Assembly: GCA_026770705.1 (NCBI GenBank)
Contig: JANJGN010000016.1
Span: forward strand, 53,754,001-53,818,000
Source: Isurus oxyrinchus
Taxonomy: Eukaryota
Length of the DNA stretch: 64,000 nucleotides
Reading direction: 5' to 3'
In this document: positions 47,353 to 58,989 of the stretch, piece after piece
How the letters are laid out: each line of letters begins with the position of its first letter
Numbering within the stretch: position 1 is the stretch's first letter
Made by a program: the position numbers and the translations under genes
The notes under the pieces: model-generated
What the model saw: the letters and a program-made list of their open reading frames with translations, nothing else
Databases searched by the model: none
What the model was told of the DNA's origin: nothing

Positions 47353-47614
47353 ACCATGAGTCTGGTTCAGCCTGTAATAGTGGCTGGTGAGTGAATGGAG
47401 TTTCTTCATGGGAAAAGAGATTGTGGTCAGGGTTGAAGACAATGGCTTCAATCTCCTCAGTGTTTAGCTGGAGAAAGCGAAAGTGAAACCCCATCTGGTA
47501 GCCCCACAGAAAAGAGGCAGGAGATCATGGAAAGAACAGAGGTGGATATTACTAACATAGAAGTAGAAATTGACACCATGCTTTCAGATGATACATCAAA
47601 GAGCAGCAGATAGG

Positions 47615-48218
47615 CAAAGAGGAAACAGGGATGTAATGATGGAACTGTATAAAATGCTGGAATTTTGTGTACAGTTCTGGTCACCTCATTACAGGAAGGA
47701 CAACATTGCTCTGGAGACAATACAGAGGAGATTGACAAGAATGTTACCAGGACTTGAAAATTGTAACTATGAGGAGAGATTGGATAGGCTAGGGTTGTTT
47801 TCTTTAGAACAGAATGGGCTAAGGGGTGACCTAACTGAGGTGTACGAAATTATGAGGGGCCTAGATAGGGTAGATAGGAAAGACTTGTTTCCCCTAGCTC
47901 AGGGATCAGTTACCAGGAGGCATAGATTTAAGGTGATTGGTAGAAGGATTAGAGGGGACATGAGGAAAAACCTCTTCACCCCAAAAGTGGTGGGCATCTG
48001 GAATTCACTGCCTATGTTGGTGGTTGAGGTGAAATGCTCAACTCACTTAAAAGGTACCTGGATCTGCATCTGAAGTGCTGTAACCTGCAAGGCTACGGAT
48101 CAGGTGCTGGAAAATGGAGATAAAATGAGCGGCTAGTTTCTTTTTTCTCTTTTTTTGGCCAGAGCAGACACGATGGGCTGAATTGCCACTTTCTGCACCG
48201 TAACTTTTCTATAGTTCT
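47615..48218 (+). mobile_element. CR1 3' fragment
   Basis: LEFCVQFWSPHYRKD..LETIQRRLTRMLPG. Confidence 0.9.
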
Positions 48219-49487
48219 AGGAAGGAGCAATGAAGGAGGGACATATTTTTACACGCTGCAAGATGTCCTACATCATCACCAAGAGAACTTGGATACAAAT
48301 TCTGCAGGTGGTCAGTGTTAGATGTGAAGGGTGACACTGAACCTGCTAGGAGAAACTTGTCGGACAACATGATGAGCACTGGATGCAGAGGACAGATCCC
48401 TCAATGAGTAATGATGAGGACCTCCATGCTTTGCTCTCATAAGCTTCTCTTGTTCCTCTCAGGCTTGAGCGTCGTGATCCCACCTCCAGGAATTGAGCAA
48501 CGCCTTGAACAGCAGGAGAGAAACCTGCCCAAGGAAGTATCTTCACCAGACTAGCTCACCAGGCACCCCAGCAGAGATACATGTACCTCGGTGGCAGTAG
48601 TAGAGTTGATGAGGAGAACAGAACTAGTGTGAAGGAGAACATGTCTGAGGCAGAGGCATTTGTGGGCAGTCTCCTCAGCAGGGAAAGGGTAGTTACTGGG
48701 CAGTGAGATAGGGTCTCGGGGATCAGTATTTGGACCTACAACGGATGCGTGGCCATCTGGCAGAGTTCCCTGAGGCATTGTGAGCTCGTGCACTACGAAT
48801 GGAGGAGACTATGGTGGTGATGAACTCAACCACATCTCAGGTTTCCAGTACATGAAGTCCACTCATGCTAGGGCTCCTTGATGTAGTAGGATCAACATCT
48901 TGGAGTTTCCTTGTACATATTTCTGTAAGGCAAAAAGAGTGAATCATGTCTATGAGGTCCATCAGTTTTTTACTTGACCCCAGTTGTATTAAACTGCTGA
49001 CTACCAATTTTCCCTTTCCTGTTCTCCAGTCTAGCTGACATGAGGTGGTAACTTCCCAGCTCCCCATCATTGTACTGGGGGGCAGGAGATTCCCTAAGAT
49101 GTGCTAGAAAATCCCCTTTGGAGGTTCCTGGATAAAGTTTGCACTGCAATTGCCCAGAAGTGCAGACTTCCCCTGGGCAATTGCCCTGCACTGGGAACCA
49201 TCGAAAATGTGACTTAAGTTGCAAACTTTGGATGGTTCTGACTGGGTTACACCAAAAGTTACCCCAAAAAATTTAGAAGAATTAAAACCAGCACATTTTT
49301 GGCGTAACCCTCCCCAAATGCACTGACCTGGAGTTGAAAGTTACAACTTGCAAGTTGTTGAGAAAGTTTGGTGTTAACTATCAACCTTGGGAAGAAGGAA
49401 GTGACAGCAGAGAATGAGCTGCTGGTTTTACATCCACTCAGTTTTCCTTGCATTCAACAAAGGATATGCATGCAGGATAATGGGTCA

Positions 49488-50257
49488 TTAATCCTCCACC
49501 ATTTCTACCACCACTGCACTCGACCCATTCCATCTCTCCAATTCTAATACTCCATTATGAGGCACAGAAGATATCATGGCATAGTGAGACAGCCACTGCT
49601 TGTTGGGAACTGGAGGCTGGGTGCAATCTAAAGAAGACTGACATCTGGCGTCAATCTCATGGATGGCAGCAGATAAGTTAAAAGCCGTCACATTTTGGGT
49701 GAAGGAACCAAGCCCAAAGAGCCCGAGGCTAATACAAAGAAAGTGAGTGCAGTTAATTTAGTAACTGATGTTGTTTCATACCTTTGGACTGAAGGTAAAG
49801 CCAGATCAAAATCAGCACAGCACCAATTACAATCGCAAGAATCACTGGAACAATTATTGATGGAGATGTGATCCAAGAGTGAGAGTGATCTGTAAATTAC
49901 AGGAAACAATTCACATGAATCATCATAGAAACATCATTGTAGAGAGAACATTTTCACGACTTATTGCTTGATGCAAATTCATTAATACTCCCAATGAAGA
50001 AATATTACCGCTGTGTTTATAATCTCTCTTTCTCACACACACAGGCAGTTACCTCTCACCTGATTCATTTTGACCCATTCACTGCACTGAGAGCTACACT
50101 GATCCCAGGGGCAACTATTGAAATGGATGTCATTGTGATAGTTCGTTCTCTCCCTCCATGGGTTGGTGCAGTAATAGTCAGCCTGAGGACTCACTTGGAG
50201 AATTAAGCTTTGCTTACCCAGAACCCTGACTCTTTTAGATCACTCGTTGGAACTGAG
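49488..50257 (-). pseudogene. Putative type I membrane receptor remnant, class I cytokine-receptor-like: exon 50053-50257, TM exon 49782-49889, cytoplasmic exon from about 49728
   Basis: The TM exon has canonical ttacag| and |gtatga and encodes DHSHSWITSPSIIVPVILAIVIGAVLILIWLYLQSK. The upstream phase 0-to-1 exon reads LSSNE*SKRVRVLGKQSLILQVSPQADYYC...QCSEWVK. Downstream is a Box1-like VPSPK. Confidence 0.5.
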
Positions 50258-51638
50258 CTAAGTATTAACAAGGTATCAAAACCAATGTTCCCTCTAATTT
50301 TATCCATCCACGTGTGGAATGAATTTTGTTATGTGCACCAACATGTGCGGATATGCACCAGCAATAGAAAGAAAAAAACCTACATACAGTATATAATTGT
50401 AATATATATTTTTAGGGAGATACCATGGGGCATGGAAGAAGGAATATTAAAACAAGGGATAATGAACAAGGTGCACTGCTTAAGATGCTAATTTGACATG
50501 AAATCAAGCAAAAAGCAAATTATCACTACGAAATTCTCAGTAAACCTTTACAATTCTAAATGTATACTTTCCTTTGTGGCATAAATTGTCCATTTCCTTC
50601 ATATAGGAAACAGCCCAGATCTTCCTATCCAGGGTTCAAACTCAGTAGGTACCCCAAAAATGTGCTGGGCACCACCACCCCAGCCGACCCGGTTCCCCAC
50701 ACAACGACTGCATGGGAATTGCTCAGGGAGTTCAATCATCTGATGGGCAATTACCCATGCTCCGATTTAAATCAGAGACTTTGGATGGTTTTGAATCTCT
50801 TAGCCGAATAGATACCCAGGGAAAGATTGAAAGATTAAAACCAGTTTTAACTCCTGGGTAACTGTACTAGTGAACCCTCACCCGCCACCCCGACTACCCT
50901 CCCCTGAACCCTTGACTACACCCCACCCCCTAAGTACCCATGACTGACTAGCCACCCCTCACCCATTCTAACCCCCTGACCCGGCCTACCCATCCCCAAC
51001 CCATCCTACCTCCACCGTCTATCGTCCCCCCGCCAACATATTACCCACTTACCTTATACACTTATCTTCTCCCTGGTTTCTCAATGTGGCTGGAATCTTC
51101 AAACCTGGATGGTTTAGGAGTTAATGCAATGAAAAGGGGGCTTAGCTTCACTTCCCCTTATGTTGCTGCCCTGCACTGAAGAGTCTCAGAAGCCAGTGCG
51201 CTGCACATTTCTTCACAGGCCCAAGATGGAAGGTCAGGCGATAAATGAGCAACTCCCGATGGAAGTAGAAGGAGCGCAGTGACTGTGATTGCCACTGCAG
51301 GGAAGTTGTGTCCCAATATTTTGTCAGTATTGATACATGTAATAAAATAATTTTTACACTTTCCTAATGCTTGAAATTACTGTACCAAGTCTTAGTCACT
51401 TAGTAAATCTGAACAATTACCTCCTTCTGGCTGCTTATCGACTCCAGCTCATTGCCTCTCCCAAATCACCAATCTCCTAGCTTGCCATGACAAGTGAGAG
51501 GGATGGCGAGTTGGGAGAGGCAGCAAGCAAGAGGGAAGCAGAGAGTGGGAGGGAAGCGGTGGAGGGAGAGGATCGGGAGGAAAGCAATTAGTGGGGAAAG
51601 GGTGCAAGTGGTAGGAAATTGGCAAGTGGGAGCGTCAG

Positions 51639-52354
51639 TGTTATGGCACGGCTGATGGTAAATGCTAAGTAGCCAAATCCCAAAGGGAAACTTGAAACAG
51701 CTGCCACAACGGTTTTTGCAATTTGTGAAGTATGAGGAGAGGTTCTGAAGTCAGGAAATTATGTCCTTGACTACTTATGATGATTTTAGCAGAGTTAATG
51801 TTTATTAAAAGAATAAAGCAAAAAATTAAATATGCTTAAACACAAGGATGGCTTCACACAATAAACAGTACTTCAAAACAGTTCCACAACTCTTAACTTT
51901 ACCCTCAGACCTAACCTTCCCTTTTACAGTTCAGCAGCTTTCCTTAGATACTTCCCTTTGATCTCCCTATTGTCTCATCCAGTCTTTTCAGGAATGCCTT
52001 TTTCTTGGAATTGATTAGGCTCTACTTTAGCTCTTAGGCTTTTGAAAAAAAATTAAACTTACCCTATTTTTACATTATTTACTTGCACCTTTTTACAATC
52101 TGCATATATCCTCCTTTGAATTAAAACAACTCTATTCAAAAATACCCCTGTTATTGCTTTATGTAAAACTCTGATTGACATTCCTCTTGATTCATTAACA
52201 TCTCAAACTACTTCTTACTGTTGGTTTTACACTCTTGCAGTCACTCTGGCTCTTACTCCAATTACCATGTTTCCAAAACCCAACACCTGTCTTCCAGTAC
52301 ATTAAAAAATGACAGTGATATTACAGTTTCTTGTTTCCTTGACAGTCCGTAACA
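51639..52354. mobile_element. Probable solo LTR
   Basis: Termini TGTTATGG...CCGTAACA (inverted) interrupt a purine-rich flank; no clean TSD. Confidence 0.45.
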
Positions 52355-52695
52355 ATAGCAAGGTGCAAGTGGTAATGACTGGGAGTGTTCAGAAGGTAAG
52401 TGGTGAGCAGGAGAGTTGGCGAGCTCTGCCATGTGACAAGTGTTAATAATCAACTGCATGGTTTACAACATCCATAGCAGAATACAGCATCTACAGCAGA
52501 ATCAATTTCTCCCATAGTTTTATCATTAATCAAATTTTTCAGTTATTCTCAAACAGAAATTAGATATTGTATTTATAATTTCCTCGCCAGAGGCTGCAAC
52601 TGGAGACAGCCACAGCAGAAAGCTGTTGAAACCTTTCCATTCCCTTCTTCAACCTCCAGAAGTAGGTTTCTAAACACAAAACATAAAAATCAATA

Positions 52696-54293
52696 ACAAA
52701 AACAGAATTACCTGGAAAAACTCAGCAGGTCTGGCAGCATCGGCGGAGAAGAAAAGAGTTGACGTTTCGAGTCCTCATGACCCTTCGACAGAACTTGATT
52801 TCGAGTCCAAGAAAGAGTTGAAATATAAGCTGGTTTAAGGTGTGTCTGTGGGGCGGAGAGATAGAGAGAGAGAGAGGTGGTTGTGTGGACAAACAAGCAG
52901 TGATAGAAGCAGATCATCAAAAGATGTCAGTGACAATGGTACAAAAGAACACATAGGTGTTAAAGTTAAAGTTGGTGATATTATCTAAACGAATGTGCTA
53001 ATTAAGAATGGATGGTAGGGCACTCAAGGTACAGCTCTAGTGGGGGTGGGGGGAGCATAAAAGATTTTAAAATATTTAAAAATAATGGAAATAGGTGGGA
53101 AAAGAAAAATCTATAAAATTTATAGGGAAAAAAAGGGGAAAAAAAGGGGGAAACAGAAAGGGGGTGGGGATGGGGGAGGGAGCTCACGCCCTAAAGTTAT
53201 TGAATTCAATATTCAGACCGGAAGGCTGTAAGGTGCCTAGTCGGAAGATGAGGTGTTGTTCCTCCAGTTTGCGTTGGGCTTCACTGGAACAATGCAGTAA
53301 GCCAAGGACAGACATGTGGGCAAGAGAGCAGGGTGGAGTGTTAAAATGGCAAGCGACAGGGAGGTTTGGGTCATTCTTGCGGACAGACCGCAGGTGTTCT
53401 GCAAAGCGGTCGCCCAGTTTACGTTTGGTCTCTCCAATGTAGAGGAGACCACATTGGGAGCAACGAATGCAGTAGACTCCCAATGTGGTCTCCTCGACAT
53501 TGGAGAGACCAAACGTAAACTGGGCGACCGCTTTGCAGAACACCTGCGGTCTGTCCGCAAGAATGACCCAAACCTCCCTGTCGCTTGCCATTTTAACACT
53601 CCACCCTGCTCTCTTGCCCACATGTCTGTCCTTGGCTTACTGCATTGTTCCAGTGAAGCCCAACGCAAACTGGAGGAACAACACCTCATCTTCCGACTAG
53701 GCACCTTACAGCCTTCCGGTCTGAATATTGAATTCAATAACTTTAGGTCGTGAGCTCCCTCCCCCATCCCCACCCCCTTTCTGTTTCCCCCTTTTTTTCC
53801 CCTTTTTTTCCCTATAAATTTTATAGATTTTTCTTTTCCCACCTATTTCCATTATTTTTAAATATTTTAAAATCTTTTATGCTCCCCCCACCCCCACTAG
53901 AGCTGTACCTTGAGTGCCCTACCATCCATTCTTAATTAGCACATTCGTTTAGATAATATCACCAACTTTAACTTTAACACCTATGTGTTCTTCTGTACCA
54001 TTGTCACTGACATCTTTTGATGATCTGCTTCTATCACTGCTTGTTTGTCTACACAAGCACCTCTGTCTCTCTCTCTCTCTCCGCCCCCCCCCCCCCCCCC
54101 GCCTCCCACACACCTTAAACCAGCTTATATTTCAACTCTTTCTTGGACTCGAAATCAAGTTCTGTCGAAGGGTCATGAGGACTCGAAACGTCAACTCTTT
54201 TCTTCTCCGCCGATGCTGCCAGACCTGCTGAGTTTTTCCAGGTAATTCTGTTTTTGTTTTGGATTTCCAGCATCCGCAGTTTTCTTTGTTTTT
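52696..54293. mobile_element. Palindromic head-to-head Penelope insertion of about 1.6 kb with a 15-bp TSD
   Basis: Arms 52696-53460 (-) and 53477-54293 (+) with a 16-nt spacer; TSD acataaaaatcaata at 52681-52695 and 54294-54308; GIY-YIG ORFs on both strands. Confidence 0.97.
54158..54196 (+). ncRNA. Hammerhead ribozyme-like motif (mirror copy on - at 52757-52795)
   Basis: Identical to 16112-16150. Confidence 0.6.
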
Positions 54294-54961
54294 ACATAAA
54301 AATCAATACTTGACTACAAGAAAACAACACAGATTAAATATCTCTCATTGCACACACTGCTGACCATTCTCACATATTGAAGAGTCAGATGTGCCTCAGT
54401 GCGTAACACTCTCTCCTGAGTCAGTAGACTCCGGGTTCAGGTCCCATTCCAGAGACTGGACCACACTCACACTTGTGCACACAAACGTTTCTGCCTCACA
54501 CTCATACATACACACACATATACATATGTACATTTACACAAGCAAACACACACACCACACACACAATCATTCCCACTTAAATTTATTGGTGGGTTGGGGT
54601 TCCCTGTCGGTTTTAGCAGAACAGGGGTGGAAGGCGCAGGGTTGGAGAAACCCCAGTGATGCAGAGATCCTGTCCAATGAAATTAGAATCCTTTTTTTCA
54701 CTCAACAAGGTCTATGGTCCTTGGCAATCGGAGCTTGGGTCTGGGGGCTGGAGGTTGAGGGTGTCAGGATACAGGGCTTGAGGACAGGAGGTCAGTTGAT
54801 TGCAGAGAAGACCAGAGATCAACGTTAGTGTTTTGTGGGTGTGGGGTAGGGGTGAACACCAATCAGAACATCGAGGAAAAGCAGTGATCAGCAGACAGGA
54901 GGCAGCTGACTGATTGAAGGGTTGGGGAAAGCACTCCTACTCCCCCTGGCCCACTGAGAGC

Positions 54962-55415
54962 CATCTTCTTCTTAGGCAGTCCCTTGGGGTCAAAGATGAC
55001 TTGCTATCATGCTAAAAATAAGTTCTCAAGTGACAGCAGAGTCCAATACGCAACCTCTGTCACAGGTGGGTCAAACAGTAGTTGGGGAAACTGGGGGGAC
55101 GGGTGCCTGGGTTGCCATGTGTTCCTTTCGCTATCCTTTAGCTTGGCTTCAGCTAGCTCTTGGCAATGAGTCCCAAGGTGTTCCACTTCGGGTTCTCTTG
55201 GGCCAATGATTCCCAGATGTCGGTGGGGATGTTGAAGTCAACCCGTAGAGGCGGCGATCTTCTACTGGTTTACCTTTCCAGAACAAGATGTAACCAGCAC
55301 CATGCTCCTTGAGCTGGCTTTCCCCTGCCCGCTGGGTCTCACCTAGGGTGATGATATCAATGTCGAATCACCTGTGCTCCTGGGCACCGATAGCACTACG
55401 CCATTCCAGCTGTAA
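54962..55415 (-). mobile_element. RTE-clade LINE fragment (APE N-terminus)
   Basis: DIDIITLGETQRAGESQLKEHGAGYILFWKGK on -. Confidence 0.7.
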
Positions 55416-55849
55416 AAGACACCAACCCACTGGACAGGTCTGCTCCTTTCTCAATTTCACTGCTGGGTTTTCCAAGGCCTGAGAAACCTGGCCAGAAACT
55501 ATTCAATTGAAGTCAAATTCCCATGAATTAATTATGTTAATTAAATACCCCACGTCTTCAGGATATGTACCGTTGCCAACCAGCATTAAAACATGGCAAC
55601 CGGCAGGTTGGCATTACATTCCTGAATTTTCAATTTTACCTCACCAGTGAGTTTGGAGGCAGGTGGGGGGTGGGGAAGTGGAATTAAAATGGGAACAGTC
55701 TGCCTTTGGCTGGAAGTCTGATATCTTGACGTTGCTTCCAGATATTTCCAAGGACAGAGCATGGACTTTTGTCATTGAGACAGTGGGGCACCAATTAAAT
55801 TACTTGAAAGGCCAATTAACTCCAATTTTACAGCACATTTTAGATTTTT

Positions 55850-56370
55850 ACATTGGCTCAAGTGCCTTCAGAGGGAAATTTCAGAGGGAAGGAGGTCCAG
55901 GTATGAAAGGGGCGCATCAGCACCAGCAAGAAGACCACCCTCAGAGTGGGTACACTGGAGAAGGGGGCCAAGGGGCATATGCACAACCATGTTCTGACAG
56001 AAGAGCCTATCCCAGCCAGTGGCCTTCACAAAGAGGAAGAGCTTCCATTCCATCAATGTCCACCCGATCTGGGACCACCAAAAGTGGATCCTGGGAAGCA
56101 GCCACTGTACCTACAAACCTCAGCAGTCCCAGATGCTGCTGCTTTGCCAGCCACCTGTGCATCTTCAAGGATCGATACTTGGAGACAAGATCTACCCACA
56201 TATGTCCTTTTATGCCTGTAAGGAATACCTGCACAGGTGGCGAGGAGGTTACAACACCTGCCACGGGTGTAAGCGAGTGGCCATCAAACAGGCCATTAAG
56301 CTTCGAAAGACGACGTTCAGGTGCCTTCAGGGTCATGGGATGAGCGATTGGGGTTGCAAGTTCTAAGGCA
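55850..56370 (+). mobile_element. Harbinger transposase remnant
   Basis: RKSFHSINV..DHQKWI..ILGDKIYP..YNTCH...IKQAI..K..FRCL. Confidence 0.75.
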
Positions 56371-56371
56371 G

Positions 56372-58700
56372 CATACATACATACGAACTAGGAGTAAGAG
56401 GAGGCCATTTGGCCCCTTGAGCCAGCTCCATCATTCAATAAGATCATGGCTGATCTGATTTTAACCTTGACTTCACATTCCTGCCTACCCCCGTTAATCT
56501 TTCACCCCCATGTTAATCAAGAATCTAACTAGCTCTGCCTTAAAAATATTCAAGGACTCTGCTTCCACTGCTTTTTGAAGAAGTGAGTTCCATAGGCTCA
56601 CGACCCTCTGAGAGAAAAGAATTCTCCTCATCACTGTCTTAAACGAATGACCCCTTCTTTTTAAACAGTGACCCCTAGTTCTAGTTTCTTCCACAAAGGG
56701 AAACATCCTTTCCACATCCACCCTGTCAAGACCCTTTAGGATCTTATATGTTTCAATCAAGCTGCCTCTCATTCTTCTAAATTCCAGCGGATACAGGATT
56801 AACCTACAGTCCAGCCTTTCCTCATAAGACAACTCACCATTCCAGGTATTAGTCAGGTAAACCTTCTCTGAACTGCTTCCAACGCATTTATATCCTTCCT
56901 TAAATAAGGGGACCAATACTTTACACAGTACTCCAGATGTGGTCGCACTAATGCATAACTTACTTACATTTGCATTCAATCCCCCTCACAATAAACAATA
57001 ACATTCTTTTAGCTTACCTAATTGCTTGCTGTACCTCCATACTAGTCTTTTATGAGTCATGTACTAGGACACCCAGACCCCTCTACATTTCAGAGCTCTG
57101 CAATCTCTCACCATTTAGATAATAAGCTTCTTTTTATTGTTCCTGCCAAAATGGACAATTTCACATTTTCCAATAATATATTCAATTTGCCAAATCTTTA
57201 TCCACTCACTTAACCTTTCTATGTCCTTTTGTATCCTCCTTATGTTGCCTTCACAACTTTCCTCCCTATCTTTGTGTCATTAGCAAATTTGGCAACCATG
57301 CATTCGGTCCCTTTATCCAAGCTATCTATACAAATTGTAAAAAGTTGAGGCCCGAGCACTGATCCCTGCAGCTCACATCTTTTTACATCATGCCAACCAG
57401 AAAATGACCCATTTATGCCTACTCTCTGTTTCCTGTTAGCTAACTAATCTTCTATCCTTGCCAATATGTTACCCTTACATCATGAGCTTTTATTTTCCAC
57501 AATAACCTTTGATAAGGTACCTTATCAAATGCCTTCTGGAAATCTAAGTATAGTACATCCACCGGATCCCCCTTATCCACAATACATGTTACTTTTTCAA
57601 AGAACTTCAATAAATTGGACAAACATGATTTCCTATTCACAAACCATGTTGACTCTTCCTGATTACCTCGAATTCTTCCAGGTGCCCTGCTATAATGGTG
57701 GGATTTTCCAGCCCTGTCATGGCAGGACCTGTCATGGGGGTTTTGGCGGCCCAACCAAAAGGCTATTGAATCTCAACAGGACCAGACAATCTGGCAGCAG
57801 GCAGGGCTGGAAATCCTGCCCAACATGTTTAATAATAGCTTCTAACATTTTCCCTATGACAGATGTTAAGCTAAATGGCCTGTAGTTCCCGGCTTTCTGT
57901 CGCCCTCCCTTATTGAATAAAAGAGTTACATTATCTATTTTCCAACCTCATGGAATATTCTCCAAATCTAGGGAATTTTGGAAAATTAAAACCAATGCAA
58001 AATACCAGTTCAACTCATATGCCATCTCCTTATTTTCCATTCTTAATGTCCAGACTCATTTTCCATGGGACCAACACTCACTTGTTAACTCTTCTTTTTT
58101 AAATATCTATAGAAACCTATACTATGTTTTTATATTTCCAAGTAGCTTTCTCTTATACTCTAATTTTTCTCTGCTTGTCAATCTTTTAGTTATTCTTTGC
58201 TATTTTTTATATTCTTTCCAGTCTTCAGACCTCCCAGCCATCTTTGCACAATTATATGCTTTTTATTTAACTTTGATACTATCTTTATCTTTGTTAGTTA
58301 ACCACAGATGGTGGATCCACTCCTTGAAATTTTTCTTTCTTGTTGGAATGTATCTAATCTGTGTATTCTGAAATATCTCCTTAAATGTCCGCTGCTGCAT
58401 CTCTGTTGACCTATTGCTTAACTTAATGTGTCAGTTCTCTTTAGCTAGCTCTCCTTTCATGCCCTCATAATTGCCCTTAAGTTTAAAATACTAGCCTTGG
58501 GCCCACTCTTCTCTCCCTCAAATTGAATTTAAAATTCAATCATATTATGATTGCTACTACCTGGGGGCGCCATCACTATGAGGTCATTAATTATTCCTGT
58601 CTCGTTGCACAATACCAGGTCCAGTATAGCCTGCTCTTTGGTTGGTTCCAGAATGTAATGCTCTGAGAAACTATCCCAAAAACGTTCCATGAACTCCAAT
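56372..58700 (-). mobile_element. CR1 LINE (decayed ORF2) with a nested MITE of about 125 bp at about 57697-57821
   Basis: [30 protein letters not shown]; MITE TIR ggattttccagccctg / cagggctggaaatcc. Confidence 0.9.
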
Positions 58701-58989
58701 GGCAGATGTAGATCAGAGAATTTGGTAATGCAGCTGTACGACAAGCTCCAAGGCCCCATGATATGCACACATGCATTTTTTTTTTGTGTGTTTCAGAGGC
58801 TGAATTCCCAGGTCCCATTTTTGCCTCCATTGGAGACAGCAGGACCATTCTGGAAGAAACTATTGCTCACCTTTACTCCCAAACCCCCACACAGCTCCAC
58901 AATTCTGTGTCCCGCCCACAACTCTTTTTACCATTCACACCCCCTGCCCACACTCTGTGGTCACACCAATTCTCAAGGTTTAAAATGAT

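Noticed and set aside
52262-52459. ORF as an upstream exon of the receptor remnant
   Set aside because: It overlaps the probable solo LTR and has no recognisable domain motif.
53095-53935. Bidirectional overlapping genes
   Set aside because: The mirror ORFs simply result from the inverted repeat.
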